A stretch of DNA of 64,000 nt from contig JASHOJ010000142.1 in NCBI GenBank assembly GCA_030041155.1, positions 437 to 64,436 on the forward strand, given 5' to 3'. Below the pieces are notes generated by a model. That model did not search any database, was not told the DNA's origin, and saw nothing but the letters and a program-made list of their open reading frames with translations. Below, piece by piece: positions 18,779 to 27,868 of this stretch. The translations under genes were made by a program, and so were the position numbers. The stretch comes from Candidatus Binataceae bacterium. Lineage in GTDB: Bacteria; Desulfobacterota; Binatia; Binatales; Binataceae. Numbering within the stretch: the stretch's first letter is position 1; each line of letters starts with the position of its first letter.

Positions 18779-19678
18779 TTAGCCTCGATGATGCCGCTTT
18801 TGCTTTTTCGCTTCGTCGCGAAGCTTCTTCACCTCGGCATCGGGAGCGCCGCCGCGCTCCTCAAGATCCGCGGCGGTATCATAGTCGGGCGGACTGCGCC
18901 GCAGATAGACCTGCGCGAGCTCCAGGTTGGCGGTCTTGTTATCCGGATCGAAGGTCAGAACGTCGTTCAGGAGTCGGAAGGTCGCGTCCGGAGTTCCCGC
19001 TGAATTGGCAGCCTCGTTCGCCGAGTGCAACACCGCATCCGAAGCCGGATCGAGGCTGTGCTTGTTCTGCGCCTCAGCCAAAAGGATATAACCGCGAACC
19101 GCCTGGTCGTAGGTTTTCACCGCGTCGGCATACTGCTTGTTCTTTACCTGATCATCTCCTTGCGCGGCGACCAGCGGCAGCGCCTGCGCAAGCACCACCG
19201 TCACTTTGTCACGAAGGGCGGTGCTGTGGGTCGCAAGCAGAGCGTCCTTGAGCGACGCCATCCCGCCTGCGGTATCGCCCGACTTGATCTGGCCAAGCGC
19301 ATTGTTGGCGTTATCGACTATCTGTTGAATCGCGCGATACATCCGCGCCTTCTGCATCAGCTTCTGGTCGGTCGGGTCGAGCGCCGACGCCTGCATGTAA
19401 TCGTGTCCGGCGTCATCCATATGACCGGTCACTTCGTCGAGCTGTGCGAGAAGCTTCCACGCGTCAAGATTTTTGGGATCGAGCTGAACCGCCTGATGAA
19501 GTTCGCCGCGCGCCTCGTCGAACATTTTCACCCGGTCCTCGGGCGACGATTTGAGCGCCTTTTTGGCGGTGTCGTTGGCCTGGAAGACCAGCTTTTCCGA
19601 TTTGGACTGGCATCCGCTAACCGCCAGCATCAGCAGCAAACCCGGGATTACGAACGCGCCTGCGATGGCTCTTCGCAT
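18779..19678 (-). CDS. TPR-repeat lipoprotein
   Basis: Trimmed to ATG 19678 (MRRAIAGAFVIPGLLLMLAVSGC, lipobox LAVSGC). TPR-like helical repeats follow. Confidence 0.7.
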   Translation of the reverse strand: MRRAIAGAFVIPGLLLMLAVSGCQSKSEKLVFQANDTAKKALKSSPEDRVKMFDEARGELHQAVQLDPKNLDAWKLLAQLDEVTGHMDDAGHDYMQASALDPTDQKLMQKARMYRAIQQIVDNANNALGQIKSGDTAGGMASLKDALLATHSTALRDKVTVVLAQALPLVAAQGDDQVKNKQYADAVKTYDQAVRGYILLAEAQNKHSLDPASDAVLHSANEAANSAGTPDATFRLLNDVLTFDPDNKTANLELAQVYLRRSPPDYDTAADLEERGGAPDAEVKKLRDEAKKQKRHHRG

Positions 19679-19822
19679 CGACGTACTTCCTTTTTCTGTG
19701 GGACCCGACGTTGGGTACGGATAGGTTTTCAGGCAACCAGACCGAATTGTCAAGGAAAAAGCTGCAAAATCACGGCGGGGAATCGCGAACTGACGGGAAC
19801 CGAATGCGCGCGCACCGCCGCT

Positions 19823-20764
19823 TCAGTCCGCGGGCATCGGCAGCGGAAACTTTACCCGCTCGGTCGCCACGCTCAAAAGCTCTACCGCTGCACCGCGGCT
19901 TGCGAAGGCCTCTATAATCCGTTCGACCAGCCACTCGGGTGACGAGGCGCTGGCGGTCAGGCCGAGAGCGCGCACTCCGCCGAGCATCTCGGATTCCACG
20001 TCGGCCAGAGAATCGACCAGGAATGCGCGCGCGCCACGCTGGCGGGCGACCTCGACCAGACGGTTCGCATTCGAGCTCTGCTTGGAGCCGACCACCAGCA
20101 CCGCATCGCTGACCGCGACCAGCTCCTTGACCGCGTTCTGGCGATTTTGCGTCGCATAGCAGATATCGTCGGTCTTCGGCGTCAGCATCGCGGGGAACCG
20201 TTCTTTGAGCGTGTCCATTATCTCTCTGGTATCGTCGACGCTTAAAGTGGTCTGCGTCACGGCAGCACATCGCGTGGGATCGCTGATTTCAATCGCGCGC
20301 GCCTCCTCCACCGATCCAACCAGCACCACCTTGCCGGGCGCCACTCCGAGCGTGCCCTTCACTTCCTCGTGCCCCTGATGGCCCACCAGCACGACCGTAC
20401 GACCCTCGTGCGCGTATTTCTCCACTTCGGAATGGACCTTGGTAACCAACGGGCAGGTTGCATCGATAACCCGCAGGCCGCGGACGTGCGCCCGCTCCCA
20501 TTCGCTAGGCGCCACCCCATGCGCGCTGAAGATCACGCGCTGACCCTCGGGCACTTCGTCCAAGTTTTCGACGAAAACCGCGCCTTCGCTTTCGAGCGCC
20601 TCAAGTACAAAGCGGTTGTGAACAATCTGATGGCGGACGTATAGCGGACGGCCATACGCGCGCAGCGCATTGCGCACGCCCTCAACCGCGCGATCGACGC
20701 CCGCGCAGAAGCCGCGCGGCTCGGCGAGAATAATCTTTTCGACGGAGGTTTCGCCTAGCGACAT
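19823..20764 (-). CDS. ispH: 4-hydroxy-3-methylbut-2-enyl diphosphate reductase
   Basis: KIILAEPRGFCAGVDRAVE ... conserved IspH/LytB blocks. ATG at 20764 gives about 314 aa. Confidence 0.9.
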   Translation of the reverse strand: MSLGETSVEKIILAEPRGFCAGVDRAVEGVRNALRAYGRPLYVRHQIVHNRFVLEALESEGAVFVENLDEVPEGQRVIFSAHGVAPSEWERAHVRGLRVIDATCPLVTKVHSEVEKYAHEGRTVVLVGHQGHEEVKGTLGVAPGKVVLVGSVEEARAIEISDPTRCAAVTQTTLSVDDTREIMDTLKERFPAMLTPKTDDICYATQNRQNAVKELVAVSDAVLVVGSKQSSNANRLVEVARQRGARAFLVDSLADVESEMLGGVRALGLTASASSPEWLVERIIEAFASRGAAVELLSVATERVKFPLPMPAD

Positions 20765-20813
20765 TGATCGAGAGTTATCCAATCCTGTCCGCCCGGTCAA
20801 TCAGCGTTGATGC

Positions 20814-21515
20814 TCAGCCCAGCGGATGCGAAGTTTGGCAACCGATCCAGACCTCGCCGCCTTCAAAATGTTCCTTCTTCCAAATCGGCACCACTTCCTT
20901 AATCCGATCGATAGCGAAGCGGCATGCCTCGAACGCCTCCGCGCGATGCACCGCCGAGACCGCGATCGCGACCGAAGTCTCGCCGATCTCGACCACGCCG
21001 ATACGATGCGCAATCGCGATTTTCACGATGCGCGAGCGTTCACCCGCCTCGCGCGCGAGCCTTCGCATCTCCAACACGGCCATCGGCTCGTACGCCTCAT
21101 ATTCCAGCCGGATAACCCGGCGTCCCGCGTTCTCGCTCCGCGTGGTGCCGACGAACGTCACGACCGCGCCGGCCGCCGGATCGGCGACCGCGCGCTCCAG
21201 CGTCGCAGCATCGATCGGCTCGCGCCCGATCGTGACGGCGCCGATCCATCGCGCATCGATCTGCGGGGCGCCGCCGCTTACCGGCGGAATGAACGCGATT
21301 TCATCTCCCGCGCGAGGGCGAAAATTGGCGTCCACGTATTCCTGATTGACGGCGAAGCCAACCGAATCGTGATGACCCGCAAGCGCCGGAAACTCGCGCA
21401 CCAGCGCACGCCAGACTTCCGAGACCGTGGCGCCATCAGGGAAGTCGCGCGTTACCTCCGCAACCCGAGCGCGCTCGCGCAGAGTCGCGAACAGCTTGAT
21501 ATTCAGCCGGTTCAT
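20814..21515 (-). CDS. moaDE: fused molybdopterin synthase MoaD-MoaE (MoaX-like)
   Basis: Residues ~1-81 form a MoaD fold ending in IPPVSGG (Gly-Gly). A MoaE catalytic subunit follows (...VVTFVGTTR...KKEHFEGGEVW). The ATG overlaps the moaB stop (ATGA). Confidence 0.8.
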   Translation of the reverse strand: MNRLNIKLFATLRERARVAEVTRDFPDGATVSEVWRALVREFPALAGHHDSVGFAVNQEYVDANFRPRAGDEIAFIPPVSGGAPQIDARWIGAVTIGREPIDAATLERAVADPAAGAVVTFVGTTRSENAGRRVIRLEYEAYEPMAVLEMRRLAREAGERSRIVKIAIAHRIGVVEIGETSVAIAVSAVHRAEAFEACRFAIDRIKEVVPIWKKEHFEGGEVWIGCQTSHPLG

Positions 21516-22048
21516 CGCGCGAGCAGTCCCGCGATATGCCCGATCTCGGGCAGAATTAGTTTTTCCATCGCAAGCCTGCACGCCGCCGTCGAACCGGGCA
21601 GCGCAGCGATAAACCTGCCGTCTGAGACGCCCGCGATCGCGCGCGAGAGCATTGCCGCCGCGCCAATCTCATTGAACGACAGCATCCGGAAAATCTCGCC
21701 GAAGCCGTCGAACTTCTTTTCGAGCAGCGGCTCAACTGCCTCAATTGTTACGTCGCGCCGGGCAATCCCCGTTCCTCCGGTTATCACGACCGCGTCCAGA
21801 TTCGGCAAATTTTCGGTCACCGCGGCCGCTATCCGCTCGGCCGTATCAGGAACAATCTCGTGCCGCACCACCTGATGGCCCGCGCGCTCGAACAGTTCGC
21901 GAATCAACGCGCCGCTTGAGTCGGTCTCGGCGGTGCGCGTATCGCTCGCGGTGATTATACCGACGCGCAGACCTTTGCGGTCATTCTCATGATGGTGATC
22001 CTTCTCGTGTTTGCGCTCATGGTCATGATGATGGTCATGCGGAGGCAT
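21512..22048 (-). CDS. moaB: molybdenum cofactor biosynthesis protein MoaB/MogA family with His-rich N-terminal extension
   Basis: GIITASDTR...VVITGGTG...GSTAACRLAMEKL is the MoaB/MogA fold. The first 25 aa are MPPHDHHHDHERKHEKDHHHENDRKG. This is the only ATG in frame; TATAAT lies 6 nt upstream. Confidence 0.8.
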   Translation of the reverse strand: MPPHDHHHDHERKHEKDHHHENDRKGLRVGIITASDTRTAETDSSGALIRELFERAGHQVVRHEIVPDTAERIAAAVTENLPNLDAVVITGGTGIARRDVTIEAVEPLLEKKFDGFGEIFRMLSFNEIGAAAMLSRAIAGVSDGRFIAALPGSTAACRLAMEKLILPEIGHIAGLLAR

Positions 22049-22091
22049 CAGGGCTGATTATAGTCGGCGCGAAAGCGCGTCTGAAGCGCCG

Positions 22092-25000
22092 TCATTCGAG
22101 GGAAAGATCGACTCGCGCCGTGTTCGTAGGCGAGCCGCCGGCGTGCTCGCTTGCGCTATCCGCGTCGACCTTGGATGCGGTCAAAAACAGCCTGGCCGGA
22201 TCGACCTTGCCGCTTAAGTATTTGCGCACCGCGGCCGCGCGCGCATCCGCCAGCGCGTGCATCGCGCCCGCGCCGGTGTCGACGCTCGCGAGCATCAGGC
22301 TTTTCATCTGGGCAGGCGGCAGCGACTTATCGAGACCGAGAAAATCGCTGGGCTTCTTGATTTTCGCGGCGCTGTAGGCGCGCTTCAGATACTTGTCGTA
22401 CTCGGCGGGCGTGAGTTGCACAGATTCGAGTCCGTTTGGCGAACCGCCGGTGCTCTTGAGCTTTTGAATCCTGATCTGGCGCATCAGAGTCGCCTCGCGC
22501 AAACCGTCGCGATCCACCGCCGGATCGGCACGCCCAGTGATGTTCAGCTTGAGCGAAGGCCGCGCCGCGAGCGCCGCGGCGACTGCGTCCAGGCGCGATT
22601 TCGACTCCGGCGTCAATTCCGATTCGCCTGGCGCAAACGCGACGAAGGAGAGATCCTGCTTGCCACCGCCAAGCGTGCTACCGATAAATCTGAGCGGCGA
22701 GGTTGCCGCCTTAACGATCACGTTCATGAACGCATGCAGAATAACCGCGCCCATCGAAAACTTCGGATCGTTCAGCGAGCCCGAGATCGGCACATCAAGG
22801 TCGATCTCGCCGCGCGGATTCTTTAGCACCGCGACCGCGAGCCTGATCGGCAGGTTGGTCGCGGTTGAGTTCTCGACCTTGTCGCCGAACGTCAATTGAT
22901 CGATGAAAATATGGTTGTCGGCGGTCAGATTACCCTGGTCAAGCAGATAACTGACGTTGACCGTCAGTGTACCGCGTTCAATCGGGTAGCCGGTATAGCG
23001 CGTCGAATACGCCGACAGCCCGCTCAACTCGATTCCGTCGGCCTTCGCCTTCAAGTTCACGTATGCCATCGGCGCGAGCGGATTTACCGAACCGCTTATG
23101 GCAACTGGCGCGCTGCCATTTACCTGCGCGGCAAGCTCGACCGGCGCCGGCGACGACGCTTGGGTGCCGAAAGCGCCAACTTTGCCTTTGATATCGGTCA
23201 GATTAGCCGTGTAGTTCGGCTGGATGAAGTTGTCAGTATAATTCACCCTGCCGCCCGCGAGCGTGACTCGCCCAATGGATATATCGGCATTGAGCTTGTG
23301 GCCCGGAGCCGAAGGTTGCGGCGCATTCGGCTGCGGCGCGGCATTAGGATGCGCCTCGACCAGCGAGGTTGGCGCGGCGTTTGCGCTCCTCATCACATCC
23401 TTCAAGTTGAGCTTGCCGTCGCGATTGAGGATGATCCGCGAATAAAAATTAGTAAGCGATATTGCGCCGATTCGTACTCGCGGCGCGCCGCCGCCCGCGT
23501 CGGCATCGATTCGACTTACGGTGAATGCGCGCCACCTCAGGAAATCCTGCCCGGTCAGCTTGTCGAGAATCGACAGATCGCCGACCGACGCGTCGCCACG
23601 GTAGTTTACCCGCATCTCGCCGCGGCGCTGAGCGAGCGTCACCGCGCCATTCATCGTCAGCCTCGCACTCTTGATCACCGCGTTCATGTAATTTGCGGCC
23701 AATGCGCCGGCGGGCGAGAGGTCGAGACGATCGGTGCTGACGCGCAGACGCGCGTTAAGCGGCGCGGCGGCAATATCGCCGGAAATTTTGAACGATCCCC
23801 TGCGATTAACTGTTCCGCTGATATTCGCGCCGAAAGGTTTCGCCAGATCGCTGCTCAGACCGCTCAAATTGATGTTGAGCGGCGCGACCTCGAGCACCGC
23901 GGAGGACGGCGCGGCAGCATCCTCGATTCGCGCCGCGCTGTTGTCGAGCGCTATTCGTGCGATTGTGAATTGCCATGGCTTTTGCGCCGCGGGCGCAGAC
24001 GCATGCGGCGCTTCGCCGCCGCTTTTGCGTGCAATCCGGCGCGGCGGAGCTCGGCCGTGATGTCGCCGTGCCTGTTCGCTTGAGCGCGACGCGCTTGTCG
24101 GCGCCGGTTGCGCAAGCATCGAAACCAGATTCAATTTTCCGTCGCGTTCGCGACGCACGAGCACGCGGATCGCGTTGGAACGTACTTCGCTGATAGTCGC
24201 GCTATGCGAAGAGAGATCAGCCTTCGCAATCGAGACGGCAAGCTTGGTCCATCCGAGCGGCTTCTGCCCGTCCGGGGTTGCGAGCACGAAATCATCGATA
24301 GCTATCCCCGCCTGATTGGCATGCACGTCGAATTTGCCGGGTGCAAAATCGGTCTCAACCGCGCCGTCGACCGAGAGCTTGCCGCCGGCAATTTTGGCCC
24401 GCATCGCGGCAGCCGCAAAGTCATCCAGCGCCGCCAGATCGATCCGATCGGCCGAAACTCGCGTCGTGATCTTCCGACCCGCGTAATCAAGCGCGCCTTT
24501 GATCTCGATCGAGCCGCCTCCCGACAGGGTTGCTCCGAAATCAATCGGCGACGGCGGACCACCCGCGAGATCGAAGTTCTGGAGTTCCGCGTGGATGGGC
24601 GTTATCGCGAGCACGGCCGGCCGCCGGCCGCTCAGATCGGTAACTTTGATACTGCTGCCGCTAAGTGTGAACGAATCGATCGATATCTCGCGTTGTCCGC
24701 CCTGTGCAGGCTGCGATCCCGCGCTCAGCGGCGCATTCACGGCGACCGCGGGCCGTGCAGCTTGGGCGCCTGAGCCCGAGGGCTCCGGACCGAGGATCGG
24801 CGTCAGATTCGTCGCACCGTCATGGGTTCGCACCAGATTGGCGGCAAGTCCGTCAACCCTGATTCGACCGAGCTTGAAAACTCCGCGCAGCGGCTCGACG
24901 TCATTTAGCGTGGCCATCGCATGCGCGAGCGAAACGATGGGCGCGTTGTCCGGTCCGCGCACCTCCAGCCCGTCCAGCGCCGCTTCCCCCACGATCGCGA

Positions 25001-25862
25001 TTGCGGGACCGCTGTCGTTGGCGATGAAATGAACCTGCAGCGCACACGAGAACGATCCCTGCGGAATGTTGACCGGCAGTTTCACCGGCGCATAGGCAAG
25101 ATAGCGATGAAGATCGAGCCGATGCAGATCCAGGTCGATCACCGACTCGCGAGTCGCGCCGAACGGCTTGCTCTGCCCGCTGATTCGCACCGCGCTGCCG
25201 TCGATCACCATCGCGAGCAGGGGCTGCACGAAAATGTCCACGTCGCGCGGAAGATTGGCGATAAACGGCACCCCAAGCTGTATATGATCAATCGTGTGCT
25301 GCTGTCCCAGCACGCGATCATCGAAATGGATAGTGCCGTCGCGCAGCATGATGTTCGAGACCGAGAACTTAAACGGCTTCTCGGGCCGCGCGTTCGGCTT
25401 TTGCGGCGCTTTCGATTCGAGAAGATCGGAAAAATTGAAGCTCTGCGGCCCGATACGAATCACGTTGAGATCGGGCCGATCGATTGTCACCTCGCGGACC
25501 ACGGGAGCCAGCCGAAACAGCGACGTCCACGAAAGCTTGACCATAAGCCGCGCGACGTCGAGGAGCGGGGTTGGGCCCGCGCGATCACCGATACGTAGCT
25601 GGTCCAGCTCAAGCCTGAGCGTGTAGGGATTGAAGCGAACCGTGCCGACCGCCGCGGGCCGTGCGATACTCGCCGCGACCTGGTGGGTGATGATGTGCCT
25701 GAAAAGCGGCGGTCCTCCGAAAAAACCGGCCGCGCCATAAACCGCGACGACAATCAGGATTACGATCATAATCCGGCGCGCGGCACGGCTACGCGCAACC
25801 TCGGCGGCGCGCGCCGCAGCGACACGTGCATGATCGGCGACCTGTTCAGCGCTTATGCGCAT
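22092..25862 (-). CDS. large AsmA/TamB-like (DUF748-type) membrane-anchored protein
   Basis: 1256 aa with an N-terminal TM anchor (IMIVILIVVAVYGAAGFF) and a long beta-rich body with DUF748/AsmA-like character. Exact start uncertain. Confidence 0.6.
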   Translation of the reverse strand: MRISAEQVADHARVAAARAAEVARSRAARRIMIVILIVVAVYGAAGFFGGPPLFRHIITHQVAASIARPAAVGTVRFNPYTLRLELDQLRIGDRAGPTPLLDVARLMVKLSWTSLFRLAPVVREVTIDRPDLNVIRIGPQSFNFSDLLESKAPQKPNARPEKPFKFSVSNIMLRDGTIHFDDRVLGQQHTIDHIQLGVPFIANLPRDVDIFVQPLLAMVIDGSAVRISGQSKPFGATRESVIDLDLHRLDLHRYLAYAPVKLPVNIPQGSFSCALQVHFIANDSGPAIAIVGEAALDGLEVRGPDNAPIVSLAHAMATLNDVEPLRGVFKLGRIRVDGLAANLVRTHDGATNLTPILGPEPSGSGAQAARPAVAVNAPLSAGSQPAQGGQREISIDSFTLSGSSIKVTDLSGRRPAVLAITPIHAELQNFDLAGGPPSPIDFGATLSGGGSIEIKGALDYAGRKITTRVSADRIDLAALDDFAAAAMRAKIAGGKLSVDGAVETDFAPGKFDVHANQAGIAIDDFVLATPDGQKPLGWTKLAVSIAKADLSSHSATISEVRSNAIRVLVRRERDGKLNLVSMLAQPAPTSASRSSEQARRHHGRAPPRRIARKSGGEAPHASAPAAQKPWQFTIARIALDNSAARIEDAAAPSSAVLEVAPLNINLSGLSSDLAKPFGANISGTVNRRGSFKISGDIAAAPLNARLRVSTDRLDLSPAGALAANYMNAVIKSARLTMNGAVTLAQRRGEMRVNYRGDASVGDLSILDKLTGQDFLRWRAFTVSRIDADAGGGAPRVRIGAISLTNFYSRIILNRDGKLNLKDVMRSANAAPTSLVEAHPNAAPQPNAPQPSAPGHKLNADISIGRVTLAGGRVNYTDNFIQPNYTANLTDIKGKVGAFGTQASSPAPVELAAQVNGSAPVAISGSVNPLAPMAYVNLKAKADGIELSGLSAYSTRYTGYPIERGTLTVNVSYLLDQGNLTADNHIFIDQLTFGDKVENSTATNLPIRLAVAVLKNPRGEIDLDVPISGSLNDPKFSMGAVILHAFMNVIVKAATSPLRFIGSTLGGGKQDLSFVAFAPGESELTPESKSRLDAVAAALAARPSLKLNITGRADPAVDRDGLREATLMRQIRIQKLKSTGGSPNGLESVQLTPAEYDKYLKRAYSAAKIKKPSDFLGLDKSLPPAQMKSLMLASVDTGAGAMHALADARAAAVRKYLSGKVDPARLFLTASKVDADSASEHAGGSPTNTARVDLSLE

Positions 25863-25907
25863 CCGTCACCGCCTCCGTTCGAGCGCCTGTCCTGAACCTC
25901 GAAAACC

Positions 25908-26678
25908 TTACTCGTCTGTCAGTCGAAACCGCATCCCGCAGATATTGATCACGTTATTGGACGCACGTTTGCCCGATCGCAAGGCCGCTTCCAGAGCGCG
26001 TTCACGATCCGCAGCGACCAGATCCAGCCCGCCGAGCCCTTCGCCGCGCCCATCTGTATCCTTCACGAAGCGAATCACCGCATTTTGTAGCCGGAGGCTC
26101 GCGTTGCCCATCGAATCGGCAGCAATTGGAATTTCCGTGATCTCGCTCCACCTTTTCGCGAGCGCGTCGGGATTGGGAGACTGCACTTCCGCCGCCGCGA
26201 TAGCGCGCACCACATCGGTCCTGATCGCAGCGCGGAAATTTTTGCCCGCCGGCTCCCACGGCCCGTCGATCGCTTCGCCGCCCTTCTGGAAATCGATTTC
26301 GAGAAAGCTTCCGCCGGTGTCGCGCGGATGAAGCTGCATCACGCTGTACTCGGGACCGTCGTGCTCCATCACCTTGCGAATTTTTAGATCCGCCACCCGC
26401 TTCTTGCGCGGCGCGTGATTATCGCACTGGCAGATGACCATGTAGCCGCCGTCTCCGCCGCGCCGATCGAGATAGCGGCCGCCCGCGGTGCCTTCCTGGA
26501 TTGGCGATACAACCTCGATAAACTGGTTGCCGACCGGAAAAATCGCATTCTGGAGCCCGAACGTCTTCACTCCCGGATCGCGGAAGCCAACTTCCAGCCC
26601 GAACACGCTGCGCAAATCTTCGGTCACCGCGCCAAGATCGCGGGCGACCAGCGCAATTTGACGAAGCCTTAGCCACAT
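25908..26678 (-). CDS. VOC (glyoxalase/bleomycin-resistance fold) family protein
   Basis: Trimmed to ATG 26678 with GGAGG 8 nt upstream. Has a glyoxalase-like duplicated beta-alpha-beta-beta-beta pattern. Weak call. Confidence 0.45.
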   Translation of the reverse strand: MWLRLRQIALVARDLGAVTEDLRSVFGLEVGFRDPGVKTFGLQNAIFPVGNQFIEVVSPIQEGTAGGRYLDRRGGDGGYMVICQCDNHAPRKKRVADLKIRKVMEHDGPEYSVMQLHPRDTGGSFLEIDFQKGGEAIDGPWEPAGKNFRAAIRTDVVRAIAAAEVQSPNPDALAKRWSEITEIPIAADSMGNASLRLQNAVIRFVKDTDGRGEGLGGLDLVAADRERALEAALRSGKRASNNVINICGMRFRLTDE

Positions 26679-26693
26679 CGAAGTCACCTCCGG

Positions 26694-27476
26694 TTAGCGC
26701 CCGATAAAACGGGGCTTGCGTTTTTCCACCTTGGCAGCGAACGCCTCGCGCGTATCTTGGGTCAGGAACATTCGCGCATGCCGCTCGCTTTCGAGTGCGA
26801 CATAACCCGCGAAATCCATCCGCTCCGCGTCTACGAAGTTCGCTTTCAGAGTCCTAAGCGCTATCGGCGCCGACTCGGCCAGCCGAGCCGCGACGCTGTC
26901 GACTTCCGGGCGCAGTCGCTCATCGGGAAACACCTGCGAAACCATCCCGATTCTTAGCGCCTCGGCCGCATCGAATTTGCCGGGCAGAAAGTAAAGCTCG
27001 CGCGCCTTTGCGGGTCCGACAATTCTTGAGAGCGACCATGGCCCGCCCATGTCGCCCGCCACCCCAACGTCAAGAAATGCGACGTTGAACTTGGCGGATT
27101 CAGCCGCGAATCTGAAATCGCATCCGAGCGCCCAACCTAGCCCGGCGCCAGCACACGCGCCATTGATTGCCGCGATGGTCACTGCCGGCATCGTGTGCAG
27201 CAGGACCGGGACGCGAAAATCCTCCGGCGTAGTTGGAGGTTCCGGCGCCCCGGAAGCGACCCGGTTGAGGTCGGCGCCCGGGCAGAATCCCTTGCCCGCG
27301 CCGGTGAGAATCAAGACCCGAAGTTCCTTGTCTTCCGCCGCCGCGGCAACCGCTTGCCCGGTCTCCAGCAGCATCTGATTGGTCATCGCATTCAAACGGT
27401 CGGGCCGATTCATCGTAAGCCGGGCGACAGCGCCAGACTTCTCGAAAGTGATTGTCTCGAATTTGGTGCTGCTCAC
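26694..27476 (-). CDS. enoyl-CoA hydratase/isomerase family protein
   Basis: ...ITFEKSGAVARLTMNRPDRLNAM...GAGKGFCPGADL crotonase signature. GTG start at 27476 with GGAGG 7 nt upstream. The long track extension was rejected. Confidence 0.8.
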   Translation of the reverse strand: MSSTKFETITFEKSGAVARLTMNRPDRLNAMTNQMLLETGQAVAAAAEDKELRVLILTGAGKGFCPGADLNRVASGAPEPPTTPEDFRVPVLLHTMPAVTIAAINGACAGAGLGWALGCDFRFAAESAKFNVAFLDVGVAGDMGGPWSLSRIVGPAKARELYFLPGKFDAAEALRIGMVSQVFPDERLRPEVDSVAARLAESAPIALRTLKANFVDAERMDFAGYVALESERHARMFLTQDTREAFAAKVEKRKPRFIGR

Positions 27477-27868
27477 CCTAAGACCTCCGAGAGAACTCCG
27501 ATAGTTCTCCGAAACGCGGAAAAATGAACCGTGCGACCCTGTTCTCGGCCGCCTCGAATGCGGCGTACACATGCTAGGACAAACCGGCGCGAAATCGCTA
27601 TCACGGCAGCCATTTTGCGGCCCGTTTGAGGGTTCTGACGGTGCCGGAAACGCCAACCACGCCAAATCGTCCGATCGATGACTGCAAGGATGCCCTTCTT
27701 TGAGCCGGAAACGGCCATTCCCGGCGTTGCCAACCCCGAGGACTAGTTAGGATGCCAGCCGGGCGGACTTTCAAAGCCGTACGCGCTCGTGCTTACACTA
27801 GGAATCAGCCACAAATCGCCGCCGGACGATAATCGCCGACAGGATGCGAGAGGAAAACAGCAGCGCCC

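Noticed and set aside
19025-19942. 305-aa plus-strand ORF overlapping the TPR lipoprotein and ispH
   Set aside because: Shadow frame. Arg-rich, and it crosses a gene boundary.
20826-21875. 349-aa plus-strand ORF across moaDE/moaB
   Set aside because: Antisense of two overlapping, well-supported Moa genes. Low-complexity Arg/Ser/Ala.
22896-24083. 395-aa plus-strand ORF (and several others) inside the 1256-aa AsmA/DUF748-like gene
   Set aside because: Antisense shadow ORFs. Arg-rich. The host gene has a coherent TM anchor and beta-rich body.
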